This document shows, one piece after another, positions 9,996-19,427 of a stretch of 64,000 nt of DNA; position 1 is the first letter of the stretch; each line of letters begins with the position of its first letter. Location of the stretch: the NCBI GenBank assembly GCA_963765705.1, contig CAVXXJ010000007.1:93610-157609 (forward strand), written 5' to 3'. The notes under the pieces were generated by a model that saw only the letters and a list, made by a program, of their open reading frames with translations, made no database searches and was not told the DNA's origin. The translations under genes were made by a program, and so were the position numbers. The DNA comes from an uncultured Gaiellaceae bacterium. GTDB taxonomy: Bacteria; Actinomycetota; Thermoleophilia; Gaiellales; Gaiellaceae.

Positions 9996-10615
9996 AGCCG
10001 GAGGGGTATTTCTCGAGCGACCGCGCCGAGCTCGTCCGGCGGCTACCGACTCCGGTCGGCAGCGTGCTCGATGTCGGGTGCGGCGAGGGGCGGACGGCGG
10101 ACGCGCTGCGCCGAGCCGGTGCGACTCGGATCGTCGGCATCGAGCTCGAGCAAGCCGCGGCCGCGGCGGCGGCCGAGAGCTACGACGAGGTGCGGCACGG
10201 GCCGGTGGAGTCCGAAGTCGACACGATCGGCGGGCCCTTCGACACGATCCTTCTCTACGACGTCCTCGAGCACCTCGTCGACCCGTGGGAGGTGCTGCGC
10301 AAGCTGCACCAAGTCGCCGCCGCCGGCGCCAGGGTGCACGTCTCGATCCCGAACGCGAGGCACTGGACGCTCCTGCGCGACCTGGCCCTCCGCGGGACCT
10401 TCGGCTACACGCCCGCCGAGCACCGGGATGTGACCCACCTTCGCTGGTTCACGCGGCGGGATCTCGCCGAGCTGCTCGAGTCGACGGGCTGGGCCGTCGA
10501 CGGAGTCGACTTCGGCGCGCTGCGGCCGGTCTCCAGGCTCGCCGCGCGACTCACCCGGAATCTGAGCGCCGAGCTCCTGGCGTATCAGCTCTCGGCGCTC
10601 GCGCGTCGTCGTTGA
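9992..10615 (+). CDS. class I SAM-dependent methyltransferase
   Basis: VLDVGCGEGRTA motif I and FDTILLYDVLEHLVDP. The GTG start overlaps the upstream TGA (GTGA). Confidence 0.75.
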   Translation: MKPEGYFSSDRAELVRRLPTPVGSVLDVGCGEGRTADALRRAGATRIVGIELEQAAAAAAAESYDEVRHGPVESEVDTIGGPFDTILLYDVLEHLVDPWEVLRKLHQVAAAGARVHVSIPNARHWTLLRDLALRGTFGYTPAEHRDVTHLRWFTRRDLAELLESTGWAVDGVDFGALRPVSRLAARLTRNLSAELLAYQLSALARRR

Positions 10616-11574
10616 AGTGCGCCGGCAGTCCGCCCGTCAGGCGGAGCCGCAGCTGATGAGCCTGGCGTCCGAGCGCGTCGGCGAAGCCGACGGTCGCGAG
10701 CTCGAGCGGGGCGGGGCCGTCGGCCGAACGCAGGCCGCGCGCGCGGGCGCGGAGCCGTTCGCGGATCGGCGCCGCTTCGCGCCGCAGCAGCAGGTGCACG
10801 CCGAGCACCGGCCAGTCGAGCGCGGCGATCTGCGCCTGCCGGAGCGGACTCCGGCCGACCCGGTACTTCGCGAGCACGTAGCCGCGACCGAAGGCCTCCA
10901 GACGGCGCGCTGCGGGCGTCGCCGCCCCGACGGTCTGCCCGTGCTCGTGCAGCGCTCGCGCGCCCGCTGCCAGGACGCAGCGCCAGCCTGCGCGGCGGAA
11001 GCGCAGCGCGAGCTCCACGTCCTCCCAGTAGGCGAAGAGCGCCTCGTCGAAGCCGCGCAGCTCCTGGAAGGGACGCAATCTGTAGGCCGCCGCTCCGCCG
11101 CAGGGCCCGACCGGGTCAGCCGCGTTGTCGAGCTCTGCGACCGGGCGGTTCCAGAGGTAGTCCCAGGAACCGAGCGTCGTATCCAGCTCGATCCCGGCCG
11201 AGTCGACGAGCTCCGGGGCCGATGCCTGGAGCAGGACGCCTGCGACCATGCCGACGCTCTCGTCGGCGAACGGCGCCGTGATCCGTTCCAGGAACTCGCG
11301 GCTCGCAGACGACGTCGTTGTTGACGAGCACGAGGAGATCCCCGTCCAGCCCCAGCGCTGCACGGTTGATCGCGGCGCCGAAGCCGAGGTTCCGGTCGTT
11401 GCAAACGAGGCGCACGTCCGGGTGGTGCTGCGCGACCGCCTCCGCGGTACCGTCCGACGAAGCGTTGTCTACAACGACAACAGATGCGGGCGCGGTCTGT
11501 CCGGCAAGGCTCTCGAGTGTCCGCAACAGCCGCTCGCGGCCGTCGAGTGTCGGGATGACGACCCACGTCTTCAC
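10551..11574 (-). pseudogene. family 2 glycosyltransferase, +1 frameshift near 11298-11301
   Basis: N-terminus (GTG 11574) KTWVVIPTLDGRERLLRTLESLAGQT..VVVDNASSDGT..LVNNDVVCEP, then a frame change to EFLERITAPF..GGAAAYRLRPFQELRGFDEALFAYWEDVELALR. Length 1024 nt = 3n+1. Confidence 0.75.
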
Positions 11575-11589
11575 TACGGTTGACCCTAC

Positions 11590-13047
11590 GTGACCGTCGA
11601 CGGACAGACCGACGTCCTCAGGACGGCCGAGGCGGGGGGCAAGGTGATCCGCGGCGGCGCCCTGCGCGGCGCCGGCTACGCGGCCGGGATCCTGTTCGGG
11701 GCGGGTACGTCGGTCCTGCTGCTCCGCCATCTCGGTGTCGAGGACTTCGGCCGCTACGGGATCGTCATCGCGTTGCTCGGGATCGTCTCGGCCGTGACCG
11801 ACGCGGGCCTGACCGCGGTCGGCAGCCGTGAGCTCGCGATCCTGCCGGCGGCGGAGCGCCCGGCGCTGCTCCGGAACCTCGTCGGGCTGCGGATCGCGCT
11901 GACGCTCGCGGGCGTCGCGGCGGCCACCGGCTTCGCGGCGCTTGCGGGCTACCCGGGAGTCGTAGTCGCCGGCACGGCGATCGCGGGTCTGGGCATCCTG
12001 CTTCTGAACACCCAGTCGACGCTGATGATGCCGCTGTCGATCGAGCTGCGGATGGGCGCGATCACGCTGCTCGAGACGCTGCGGCATGCGCTCACGCTCG
12101 TCGGGGTCGCCGTGCTCGTCCTTGCGGGCGCCTCGCTGCTCCCCTTCTTCGGCGTCCAGATCGCCGTCGGGGTGGCGGTGCTCCTCCTGACGCCGCTCTT
12201 CGTCGTCGGCGTCGTCGGGATGCGGCCGGCGATCGACCGCGGCGCGGCGAGGGCGCTGCTGCGCGAGTCGCTGCCGCTCGCCGCCGCCCTCGCGATGAAC
12301 GTCGTCTATCTGCGCCTGCTGGTGATCCTCGTCTCCGTTCAGACCGATGAGTTCGAGACCGGGCTCTTCGCGACGTCCTTCCGCATCTTCGAGATCCTGC
12401 TCGGGATCCCGACGCTCGTGCTCGCCGTGGCTCTGCCACTGCTCGCCGTCGCGGGTGCCGAAGACCGCCGGCGGCTCCGCTACGCCCTGCAGCAGATGAC
12501 CGAGGCGGCTGTCGCCGTCTCGCTCCTGCTCGTGCTCGTCACCCTCGTGCTCGCCGAGCCGGCGATCGTGCTGCTCGGGGACGAGCAGTATCGGGATGCG
12601 GCGCCGATCCTCCAGGTGCAGGCCTTCGCGCTGCTCGGGATCTTCCTCAGCCAGGTCTGGACGCTGGGGCTCATCTCACTGCGGCGGCAGCGCGACGTCG
12701 CGGTGGCGAACGGGATCGTGCTGGCCCTCGTGCTCGTCGTCGGAGCCGTGCTCGTTCGGATGTACGACGGGATTGGAGGCGCGGCCGCGGCCGTCAGCAC
12801 CGAGGCGGTGCTCGCGGTGCTCATCTTCTGGTTCCTCGCCCGGGCGGATCGCGACGTCCGACCCCGGCTCGGGTTCCTGCCACGTCCGCTCGTCGCCGCC
12901 GCGGCCGGGGCGCTCGTCACGCTGCTGCCGCTGAGCCCTTGGCTCGTCGCGCCGCTGGCCGCCACCGTGTTCATCGCGGTCGGCTTCGCCGTCCGGGCCG
13001 TGCCGCCGGAGATCGTGCCGGCGCTGCGCGGGCGGGATCCCCAATGA
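11590..13047 (+). CDS. oligosaccharide/polysaccharide flippase (Wzx-like, MOP superfamily)
   Basis: 485 aa, about 12-14 TM helices. N-terminal GGKVIRGGALRGAGYAAGILFGAG pattern typical of polysaccharide biosynthesis (PST) flippases. Confidence 0.75.
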   Translation: MTVDGQTDVLRTAEAGGKVIRGGALRGAGYAAGILFGAGTSVLLLRHLGVEDFGRYGIVIALLGIVSAVTDAGLTAVGSRELAILPAAERPALLRNLVGLRIALTLAGVAAATGFAALAGYPGVVVAGTAIAGLGILLLNTQSTLMMPLSIELRMGAITLLETLRHALTLVGVAVLVLAGASLLPFFGVQIAVGVAVLLLTPLFVVGVVGMRPAIDRGAARALLRESLPLAAALAMNVVYLRLLVILVSVQTDEFETGLFATSFRIFEILLGIPTLVLAVALPLLAVAGAEDRRRLRYALQQMTEAAVAVSLLLVLVTLVLAEPAIVLLGDEQYRDAAPILQVQAFALLGIFLSQVWTLGLISLRRQRDVAVANGIVLALVLVVGAVLVRMYDGIGGAAAAVSTEAVLAVLIFWFLARADRDVRPRLGFLPRPLVAAAAGALVTLLPLSPWLVAPLAATVFIAVGFAVRAVPPEIVPALRGRDPQ

Positions 13048-14141
13048 GTCGCCCGCGCGTCATCCTGCTGCGGGGACACAACGCCAATCCGTGGGACCTG
13101 CGGCCCTGGGAGCTGCTTCGCGACGAGCTCGACATCTCGGTGCTCGTGACCGGCTCGAATCGGTACGACCTCGAGGATCTCGCCCTGCCCGTCGTGCGGG
13201 GCCGGGCGCTACGGGACCGGCTGCCACGCGGCCGCTGGGGCGATCTCGCAGCTCAGGGCCCGGGCGACCGCTACCTCGATCTCGAGCGCCATCTCGCGGG
13301 CGTGGACATCGTTCACTCCGCGGAGCTCGGGGTCTGGTTCAGCGGTCAGCCGGCCGCGTTGAAGGAGCGCCTCGGCTTCCGGCTCGTCCTGACGGTGTGG
13401 GAGACGATCCCGTTCCGGGACACCTTCCGGGCCTTCAGGGGACGCGGGTATCGCAGCGACGCTCTTGCCCATGCCGATCTCTTCCTGGCGGCGACTGAGC
13501 GTGCGCGCCGCTGCCTGCTGCTCGAGGGCGCCGACGACACCAGGATCGAGGTGTCCTATCCCGGAGTGGACGTCGAGCGATTCCGCCGCGCCCACGCTGC
13601 TCCCGGTGACGCGCACCTCGTCGTCTCGCCCGGCAGGCTCGTCTGGGAGAAGGGCCACTACGACGTGATCCGGGCGCTCGCCACCCTCGAAGAGCCACCC
13701 CGCCTGTTGATCGTCGGCGACGGGCCGGAGCGAGGTCGCCTGCTTCGGTACGCGGCGGACCTGGGCATCGGAGATCGGATCGAGATCCGGTCGGTGCCGT
13801 ACTCGGAGATGCCGTCGGTGTTCGCAGCGGCGTCGTGCGTGGTGCTCGGAAGCCTCCCGATCCCACTCTGGGAGGAGCAGTTCGGCATGGTGCTCGCGGA
13901 GGCGATGGCCGCCGGCGCTCCGGTCCTGGCGAGCTCGAGCGGAGCGATCCCGGAGGTGGTCGGCGGCAGCGCCCAGCTCTTCGCGCCGGGAGACTGGGTC
14001 GAGCTGGCGCGGCTCCTGTCCAGCGGGCCGCTCGCCCGCCCGGCCGGCGAGCGTGTCGCGCACGATCCGGAGCTCCTGCGCCGCTACTCGCTCGACGCGG
14101 CGGCAGACCGCCTGCGCTCCGCGTATCAGCGTCTCCTCTAG
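13044..14141 (+). CDS. GT4-family (GT-B, group 1) glycosyltransferase
   Basis: C-terminal EEQFGMVLAEAMAAGAPVLASSSGAIPEVV (E-x7-E region). ATGA overlap with the flippase stop. Confidence 0.8.
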   Translation: MSRPRVILLRGHNANPWDLRPWELLRDELDISVLVTGSNRYDLEDLALPVVRGRALRDRLPRGRWGDLAAQGPGDRYLDLERHLAGVDIVHSAELGVWFSGQPAALKERLGFRLVLTVWETIPFRDTFRAFRGRGYRSDALAHADLFLAATERARRCLLLEGADDTRIEVSYPGVDVERFRRAHAAPGDAHLVVSPGRLVWEKGHYDVIRALATLEEPPRLLIVGDGPERGRLLRYAADLGIGDRIEIRSVPYSEMPSVFAAASCVVLGSLPIPLWEEQFGMVLAEAMAAGAPVLASSSGAIPEVVGGSAQLFAPGDWVELARLLSSGPLARPAGERVAHDPELLRRYSLDAAADRLRSAYQRLL

Positions 14142-14150
14142 ATTGCGCGC

Positions 14151-14954
14151 GTGACCGACCCGCGCAGCAGCTTCTACCGCCGGGTCCTCGGGAGCCTGCT
14201 GGCCGAGGGGGTTCTCGATCCCGGCATGTCGGTTCTCGTCAGCTGCGGGGGCACCGCGGACCGCGATGCGCTTGCCGGCGCCGGCTTCACGAACGTCACG
14301 ATCACGAACGTCGACACCGCCGGCGACGACGGCGCGCTGGCGCCGTTCGCCTGGAAGCACGAGGACGCCGAGGCTCTCACCTACGAGGACGACTCGTTCG
14401 ACGTCGCGATCGTGAGCGCCGGCCTGCATCACTGCCGCTCGCCGCACCGGGCGCTGCTCGAGCTCTACCGCGTCGCTCGTGTCGCCGCCATCGCGCTCGA
14501 GAGCCGTGACAGCCTGCTCATGCGTCTGGCGGTCCGGCTCGGCGCCGTCGACGACTACGAGCTGGCGGCCGTCGCCGCGCACGGGTTGCGCTCCGGCGGC
14601 GTCGCCAACACGGGCACGCCGAACTTCGTCTACCGCTGGACGGAGCGCGAGGTCGAGAAGACACTGGCGTCGTTCGCGCCGCACGCGCGTCATCGCATCC
14701 GCTTCTTCCGCGAGTTCGAGCTGCCGGCGCCCGTGGTCGAGACGAACCGTGGCGTGAGGGCAGGCGTGCTCCGGCTCTCGCGACCCGTCGTCGCCGCGAT
14801 CACGCGCGTGCTGCCCGGCCAGGCGAATCTCTTCGCCTTCGTGATCGAGAAGCCACGTCTCCCGGACGACCTCCAGCCGTGGATGCGGGTCGCTGACGGC
14901 CAGGTCGTCCCCGATGCGGACGCCGTCGGCCGACGCTACGAGGTATCCGGTTGA
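14151..14954 (+). CDS. SAM-dependent methyltransferase-like protein
   Basis: 267 aa. VLVSCGGTADRDAL..EDDSFDVAIVSAGLHHC resembles class I methyltransferase motifs I-III. Confidence 0.6.
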   Translation: MTDPRSSFYRRVLGSLLAEGVLDPGMSVLVSCGGTADRDALAGAGFTNVTITNVDTAGDDGALAPFAWKHEDAEALTYEDDSFDVAIVSAGLHHCRSPHRALLELYRVARVAAIALESRDSLLMRLAVRLGAVDDYELAAVAAHGLRSGGVANTGTPNFVYRWTEREVEKTLASFAPHARHRIRFFREFELPAPVVETNRGVRAGVLRLSRPVVAAITRVLPGQANLFAFVIEKPRLPDDLQPWMRVADGQVVPDADAVGRRYEVSG

Positions 14955-15700
14955 GCCTCGAGCGGCACAAGGAGGACTGGGAGCGCCTGGCCGAGGTCGA
15001 CCCGCTCTGGGCGGTGCTGACGGCACCGGACCAGAAGGGCGGCGGCTGGGACGTCGACGACTTCTTCGCCACCGGCGAGGCCGAGATCGCGCACGTCCTC
15101 GCGGTCGTCGAGGGGCTGGGACGGCCGGAGACACGCGGTCGAGCGCTGGACTTCGGCTGCGGCGTCGGACGGCTCACGCGTGCGCTGGGACGGCGCTACG
15201 AGACGGCCGTCGGCATCGATATCTCGGAGGCGATGATCGCGCAGGCACGACAGCTGAACGAGGCGTTTCCGCAGTGCGAGTTCCGCCTCAACGCTTCGTC
15301 CGACCTCGGTCAGTTCGAGACCGGCTCGTTCGACTTCGTCTACTCCAGCATCGTCCTCCAGCACCTTCCGTCCGCCGCCGACATCGAGCGCTACGTGACT
15401 GAGTTCCTGCGCGTCGCCGCCCCGGCCGCGATGGTCGTCTTCGGGATCCCGACGCACATCTCGTTCCCGTACTCGCTGCAGCCCCGTCGCCGCGTGTACG
15501 GGCTGCTCCGCCGGCTCGGCGTCTCGGAGGAGTGGATGCTGCGCCGCACGCCGCTGACGCCGATGCGAATGACCGTCGTCGCGGAGGCGGCCGTGAGAGA
15601 GCTCGTCGAGAAGCAGGGTGCGACCGTGCTGCACGCCGAGCCGATCGACGCCGGCCCCTTGCGCGCGCTGCGCTACTACGTCGCGGTGAGCGCGCCGTAG
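14951..15700 (+). CDS. class I SAM-dependent methyltransferase
   Basis: ALDFGCGVGRLTRAL motif I and FDFVYSSIVLQHL. The TTG start overlaps the upstream TGA. Confidence 0.75.
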   Translation: MSLERHKEDWERLAEVDPLWAVLTAPDQKGGGWDVDDFFATGEAEIAHVLAVVEGLGRPETRGRALDFGCGVGRLTRALGRRYETAVGIDISEAMIAQARQLNEAFPQCEFRLNASSDLGQFETGSFDFVYSSIVLQHLPSAADIERYVTEFLRVAAPAAMVVFGIPTHISFPYSLQPRRRVYGLLRRLGVSEEWMLRRTPLTPMRMTVVAEAAVRELVEKQGATVLHAEPIDAGPLRALRYYVAVSAP

Positions 15701-16737
15701 ACGGCTTCGTGCCGGCGCGCGGTCTCTTCCCACGTGAAGCGGCTTGCCCGCTCGAGGCCGGCCGCTGCGAAGCGCTCGGGCGCATCGAGCACGCCGGACA
15801 CGACGGCCGCGATGTCCTCGATCTCGTTCGGCTCGAACAACGCCGCGGCGTCGCCGCACGCCTCGGCAATCGCGGGAACATTCGAGGCGGCGACCGGCGC
15901 GCCTGACGCCATCGCCTCGAGCGGGGGCTGGCCGAACCCCTCGTAGAGGCTCGGGAAGACGAGACAGGCCGTGCGGCGGTAAAGGGATGCCAGCTCCTCG
16001 CCGGAGACGAGCCCGCGCACCTCGACGCCCGCCGGGACGGGTCTCCCCTCGTGGCCGCCACCCGTGAGCACGAGCCGCAGCTCCGGCCGCTCCCCGCGTA
16101 GGAGCGCGAACGCGTCGAAGAGCCGTGCGTGGTTCTTGTGCGGCCACGGCCGGGCCGGATACAGCAGGAACTGCTCACGCTCCTCGTCCCCCGGCCGGAA
16201 CCGGTCGTGGTCGACTCCCCACGGGATCGCGTGCACCCGCTCCGGCGGCAGGCCGAGCAGCTCGATCGCCCGGCGGCGGACGAACTGGCTCGGCACGATC
16301 ACCGCGTCGGCCCTGCGCGCCGAACCCTCGTGCGTACGGGCGCGGAAGAGCCGTTCCGCGCGCGAGAAGAGCTCGGGGTGGTCGAGGTGCTGAAGGTCGT
16401 GCACCGTCACCGCGCTCGGCGCCTCGAGCGGCGGCAGCGCGATCGTCAGCGGGTAGTGGACGGCGTCGAGCGTGCCGAAGCGCCGACGCAGCCTTCCGGG
16501 CCGGACGGCCGCGAGCCCCATCGCGAGCGCGCGCTCGGGGACGCTACGCGCGAGCCGGTACTCGGGCACCGGCACCTCCGGGAGCCCTTCACCCGCTCCT
16601 GGGGCAGCGGGTGGCGTGAACGCCGTGTAGTCGAGAGTGCCGACCTGGGCGAGGCCCCGGCAAAGCCCGCGGGCGGATGTCTCGGCGCCGCCGACCTCGC
16701 CGGGGACGAGCGTCAGCAGGCTGATTCCCACGCGCAT
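15676..16737 (-). CDS. GT4-family glycosyltransferase
   Basis: [21 protein letters not shown].., VHDLQHL, and [26 protein letters not shown] motifs. A TAGGCT hexamer lies 6 nt upstream of the ATG. Confidence 0.8.
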   Translation of the reverse strand: MRVGISLLTLVPGEVGGAETSARGLCRGLAQVGTLDYTAFTPPAAPGAGEGLPEVPVPEYRLARSVPERALAMGLAAVRPGRLRRRFGTLDAVHYPLTIALPPLEAPSAVTVHDLQHLDHPELFSRAERLFRARTHEGSARRADAVIVPSQFVRRRAIELLGLPPERVHAIPWGVDHDRFRPGDEEREQFLLYPARPWPHKNHARLFDAFALLRGERPELRLVLTGGGHEGRPVPAGVEVRGLVSGEELASLYRRTACLVFPSLYEGFGQPPLEAMASGAPVAASNVPAIAEACGDAAALFEPNEIEDIAAVVSGVLDAPERFAAAGLERASRFTWEETARRHEAVYGALTAT

Positions 16738-16743
16738 CGCAGG

Positions 16744-16749
16744 AGCCTA
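16744..16749 (-). promoter_or_regulatory. -10-like hexamer TAGGCT placed 6 nt before ATG 16737 (leaderless-type)
   Basis: The reverse complement of 16744-16749 is TAGGCT, followed by 6 nt (cctgcg), then ATG. Confidence 0.4.
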
Positions 16750-16763
16750 TCCCGGTCGCCGGG

Positions 16764-16769
16764 TACAAT
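16764..16769 (+). promoter_or_regulatory. -10-like hexamer TACAAT placed 6 nt before ATG 16776 (leaderless-type)
   Basis: gggTACAATcctccgATG read directly. It sits back-to-back with the minus-strand hexamer in a 38-bp divergent gap. Confidence 0.45.
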
Positions 16770-16775
16770 CCTCCG

Positions 16776-17168
16776 ATGCCCGATCAGAGCGAAGAAAACG
16801 TCGATCATGCAGGGATTTCGTCGAATGGCGACGTCGATGTCGCCGCGCTCTTCGAGCAGCTGAAGCAGGAGGTGCGCCGCTCCGGCGCCGCGCCGGGCGA
16901 GGTGGGGGACGACGACGACCGGCAGGCCGCTCGCGCGGAGGCCGAGCGGCTGTGGCCCGTCTCGGCCGACCGGAACCTCCGGCTCCGACCCGGGGTGCGG
17001 GGCGGAGCCGGCACGCCGGTCAAGGCCGTCTTGCGCAAGCTGATGCGCTGGTACGTCGAGCCGCTGGCCTACGACCAGCGCTCCTTCAACGCGGCGGTGC
17101 TCCGCCTCGTCGACGATCTCGATACGCGGATCGCGCAGCTCGAGGCCGAGCTGAAGCAGCGTCGATGA
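16776..17168 (+). CDS. hypothetical protein with a C-terminal coiled coil
   Basis: 130-aa ORF, acidic N-terminus, C-terminal LVDDLDTRIAQLEAELKQRR. Stop overlaps the next GT4 start (ATGA). A TACAAT hexamer lies 6 nt upstream of the ATG. Confidence 0.5.
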   Translation: MPDQSEENVDHAGISSNGDVDVAALFEQLKQEVRRSGAAPGEVGDDDDRQAARAEAERLWPVSADRNLRLRPGVRGGAGTPVKAVLRKLMRWYVEPLAYDQRSFNAAVLRLVDDLDTRIAQLEAELKQRR

Positions 17169-18191
17169 GGATCGCCGTCTGCGCCCCGCAAGTGCCGTTC
17201 GTTCGCGGGGGCGCCGAGATCTTCGCCGACAAGCTCGTCGACGAGTTGCGCGCGCGCGACCACGAGACCGAGCTCGTCACCGTGCCGTTCAAGTGGTACC
17301 CGGGCACACGCGTCCTCGACCAGTCATTCCTCTGGCGCCTGCTCGACCTGACCGAGTCGGACGGGCGCCCGATCGATCTCGTCGTCGCGACGAAGTTCCC
17401 CTCCTACTGCGTGCGGCATCCGAACAAGCGGGTGTGGGTGCTGCACCAGTTCCGCCAGGCGTACGAGCTGGACCGAACCGATCTGGGGCAGTTCGACGAA
17501 GAACCTGTAGACCGGGCGTTGCGGCGCTCGGTCCAACGTTTGGACCGAATCGCGCTCGGAGAGGCGAAGCGCCTCTTCGCGACGTCCCACAACGTGGCCG
17601 ACCGGATCGAGCGCTCGACCGGTCTCGTGGCCGAGGTGATGCCGCATCCACCGCAGGCGCTGCCGTACCGCTGCGAGGAGTACGGCGACTTCGTCCTCTC
17701 CGTGAACCGGCTCGACCGCTCGAAGCGGATCGACCTGCTGCTCGAGGCGGCCGCTCTCGACCCGTCGCTCCGCGTCGTCGTGACCGGCGATGGGCCGGAC
17801 CGGGAACGGCTCGAGTCGATCGCGCGCCGAGCACGGGCTGAACGGCCGGGCGGAGTTCACCGGCCGGATCGGCGAGGCCGAGCTCGCATCGCTCTACGCC
17901 CGCTGCCTCGCCGTCTACTACGCGCCCGTCGACGAGGACTTCGGGATGGTGCCGTACGAGGCGTTCCTCTCCGAGAAGCCCGTTCTGACGACGACGGACG
18001 CGGGCGGGCCGCTCGAGGTCGTCGCCGACGGTCGCACGGGCCTCGTCACCGCGCCGGATGCGGGCGAGCTCGCGCGCGCCGCGGGCCGCCTGCGCGAGCA
18101 CCCGGACGAGGCGCGCGCCTTCGGGCAGGCGGGCCGCGAGCTCGCCGCGAGCGTGACCTGGGACAACTGCATCGACAGACTGCTCTCGTGA
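17165..18191 (+). pseudogene. GT4-family glycosyltransferase, +1 frameshift near 17820-17830
   Basis: MRIAVCAPQVPFVRGGAEIF..GDGPDRERLESIA in frame 2, continuing as AEHGLNGRAEFTGRIGEAELASLYARCLAVYYAPVDEDFGMVPYEAFLSEKPVLTT in frame 0. Length 3n+1. Confidence 0.75.
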
Positions 18192-19427
18192 AGGTCGCGT
18201 ACTACTCGCCGATGCCGCCGGAGCGGTCCGGGATCGCCGACTACAGCGCTCTCCTGCTGCCGGCGCTGCGCCGGCGGATCGACGTCGAGGTCGCGCGGCG
18301 AGGGCGCAAGCGCCCGGTGCGCGGAACCGACGTCGCGCTCTACCACGTGGGCAACAACCCCGACGCGCACGGCTGGATCGTGGACTCGCTCCGAAAGAAG
18401 CCGGGTGTCGTGGTACTGCACGACTTCGTCCTCCACCACCTCGTCGCCGGCCTCACAGTCGGTCGCGGCGACGGGCACGGCTACCTCGACGCGATGGAGC
18501 GCGAGGGTGGCGTCGTCGGCCGCCTGCTCGGCCATGGCGTGCTCGACAAGCGAATTCCGCCGCTCTGGGAGAGCAGGCCGGAGGACTTCCATCTCGCGGG
18601 CGAGGTGCTCGGGCTCGCAGCGGGCCTGATCGTCCACTCCCGCTACGTCGAGGAGCGGGCGCGCGCCGCGGGCTACGAGGGGCCGATCTGGCGGATCCCG
18701 CATCCCGCGTGGGAGGTGCCGGCCTTCGTCGGCGCCCGCACTCGAGGGCAGCCCGCTGATCGGCTCCTTCGGGAACGTGAACGCGAGCAAGCGCATCCCG
18801 CAGCTGCTGGAGGCGTTCGCCCGCCTGCGCCGCGAGCGTCCGGACGCCCGGCTGCTGCTCGTCGGTGCGGTCTCGCCCGGGTTCGACCTCGATCGCCGCC
18901 TGCAGCGGCTCGGCCTGTCCGAAGAGGGCATCGTCCGGGAGGCGTACGTCGAGGAGGACCGCCTCTGGGCGCTGATGGCCGCCTGCGACGTCTGCGTCAA
19001 CCTGCGCTCGCCGACGATGGGTGAGACCTCGGGCAGCGTCATCCGCCAGCTCTCGCTCGGCAAGCCCGTCGTCGTCAGCGACGTGGGCTGGTTCGCAGAG
19101 CTACCCGACTCGGCTGCGCTGAAGGTGCCCGTCGGCGAGGGCGAGACGGACACGCTCTACGCGGCGCTCGAGCTGCTCGCTCGCGACGAACGGGCACGGT
19201 CGGCGATGTCGGCAGCGGCGCTCGACCTCATCCGCCGCGAGCACGACCTCGAGCGGACCGCCGAGCTGTACGCAGCAGCACTCGAGCAGGCGGTCGGCGG
19301 CGAGGCAGTCGCCGACGCCGTGCTCGGCGACGTCTCGCGGGCTGCGGCGGACGTCGGGATCGAGCCGGGCTCGGCCGAGGCGGCCGAGCTGGCGGTGCGC
19401 CTCGCAGAGGTCGAGCTTGGTCGATAG
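18188..19427 (+). pseudogene. GT4-family glycosyltransferase, +1 frameshift near 18731-18740
   Basis: VKVAYYSPMPPERSGIADYS..VVLHDFVLHHL..RIPHPAWEVPA in frame 2, then LEGSPLIGSFGNVNASKRIPQLLEAF..VNLRSPTMGETSGSVIRQLSLGKPVVVSD in frame 0. Length 3n+1. Confidence 0.7.

Noticed and set aside
16637-19024. A 795-aa plus-strand ORF that looks like a single giant protein.
   Set aside because: It is a composite. Its first part is out-of-frame sequence over the 16776 gene. Its middle matches the first part of one GT4 and the first part of the next. The intervening and terminal stretches are Arg-rich nonsense created by the frameshifts at about 17825 and 18735.
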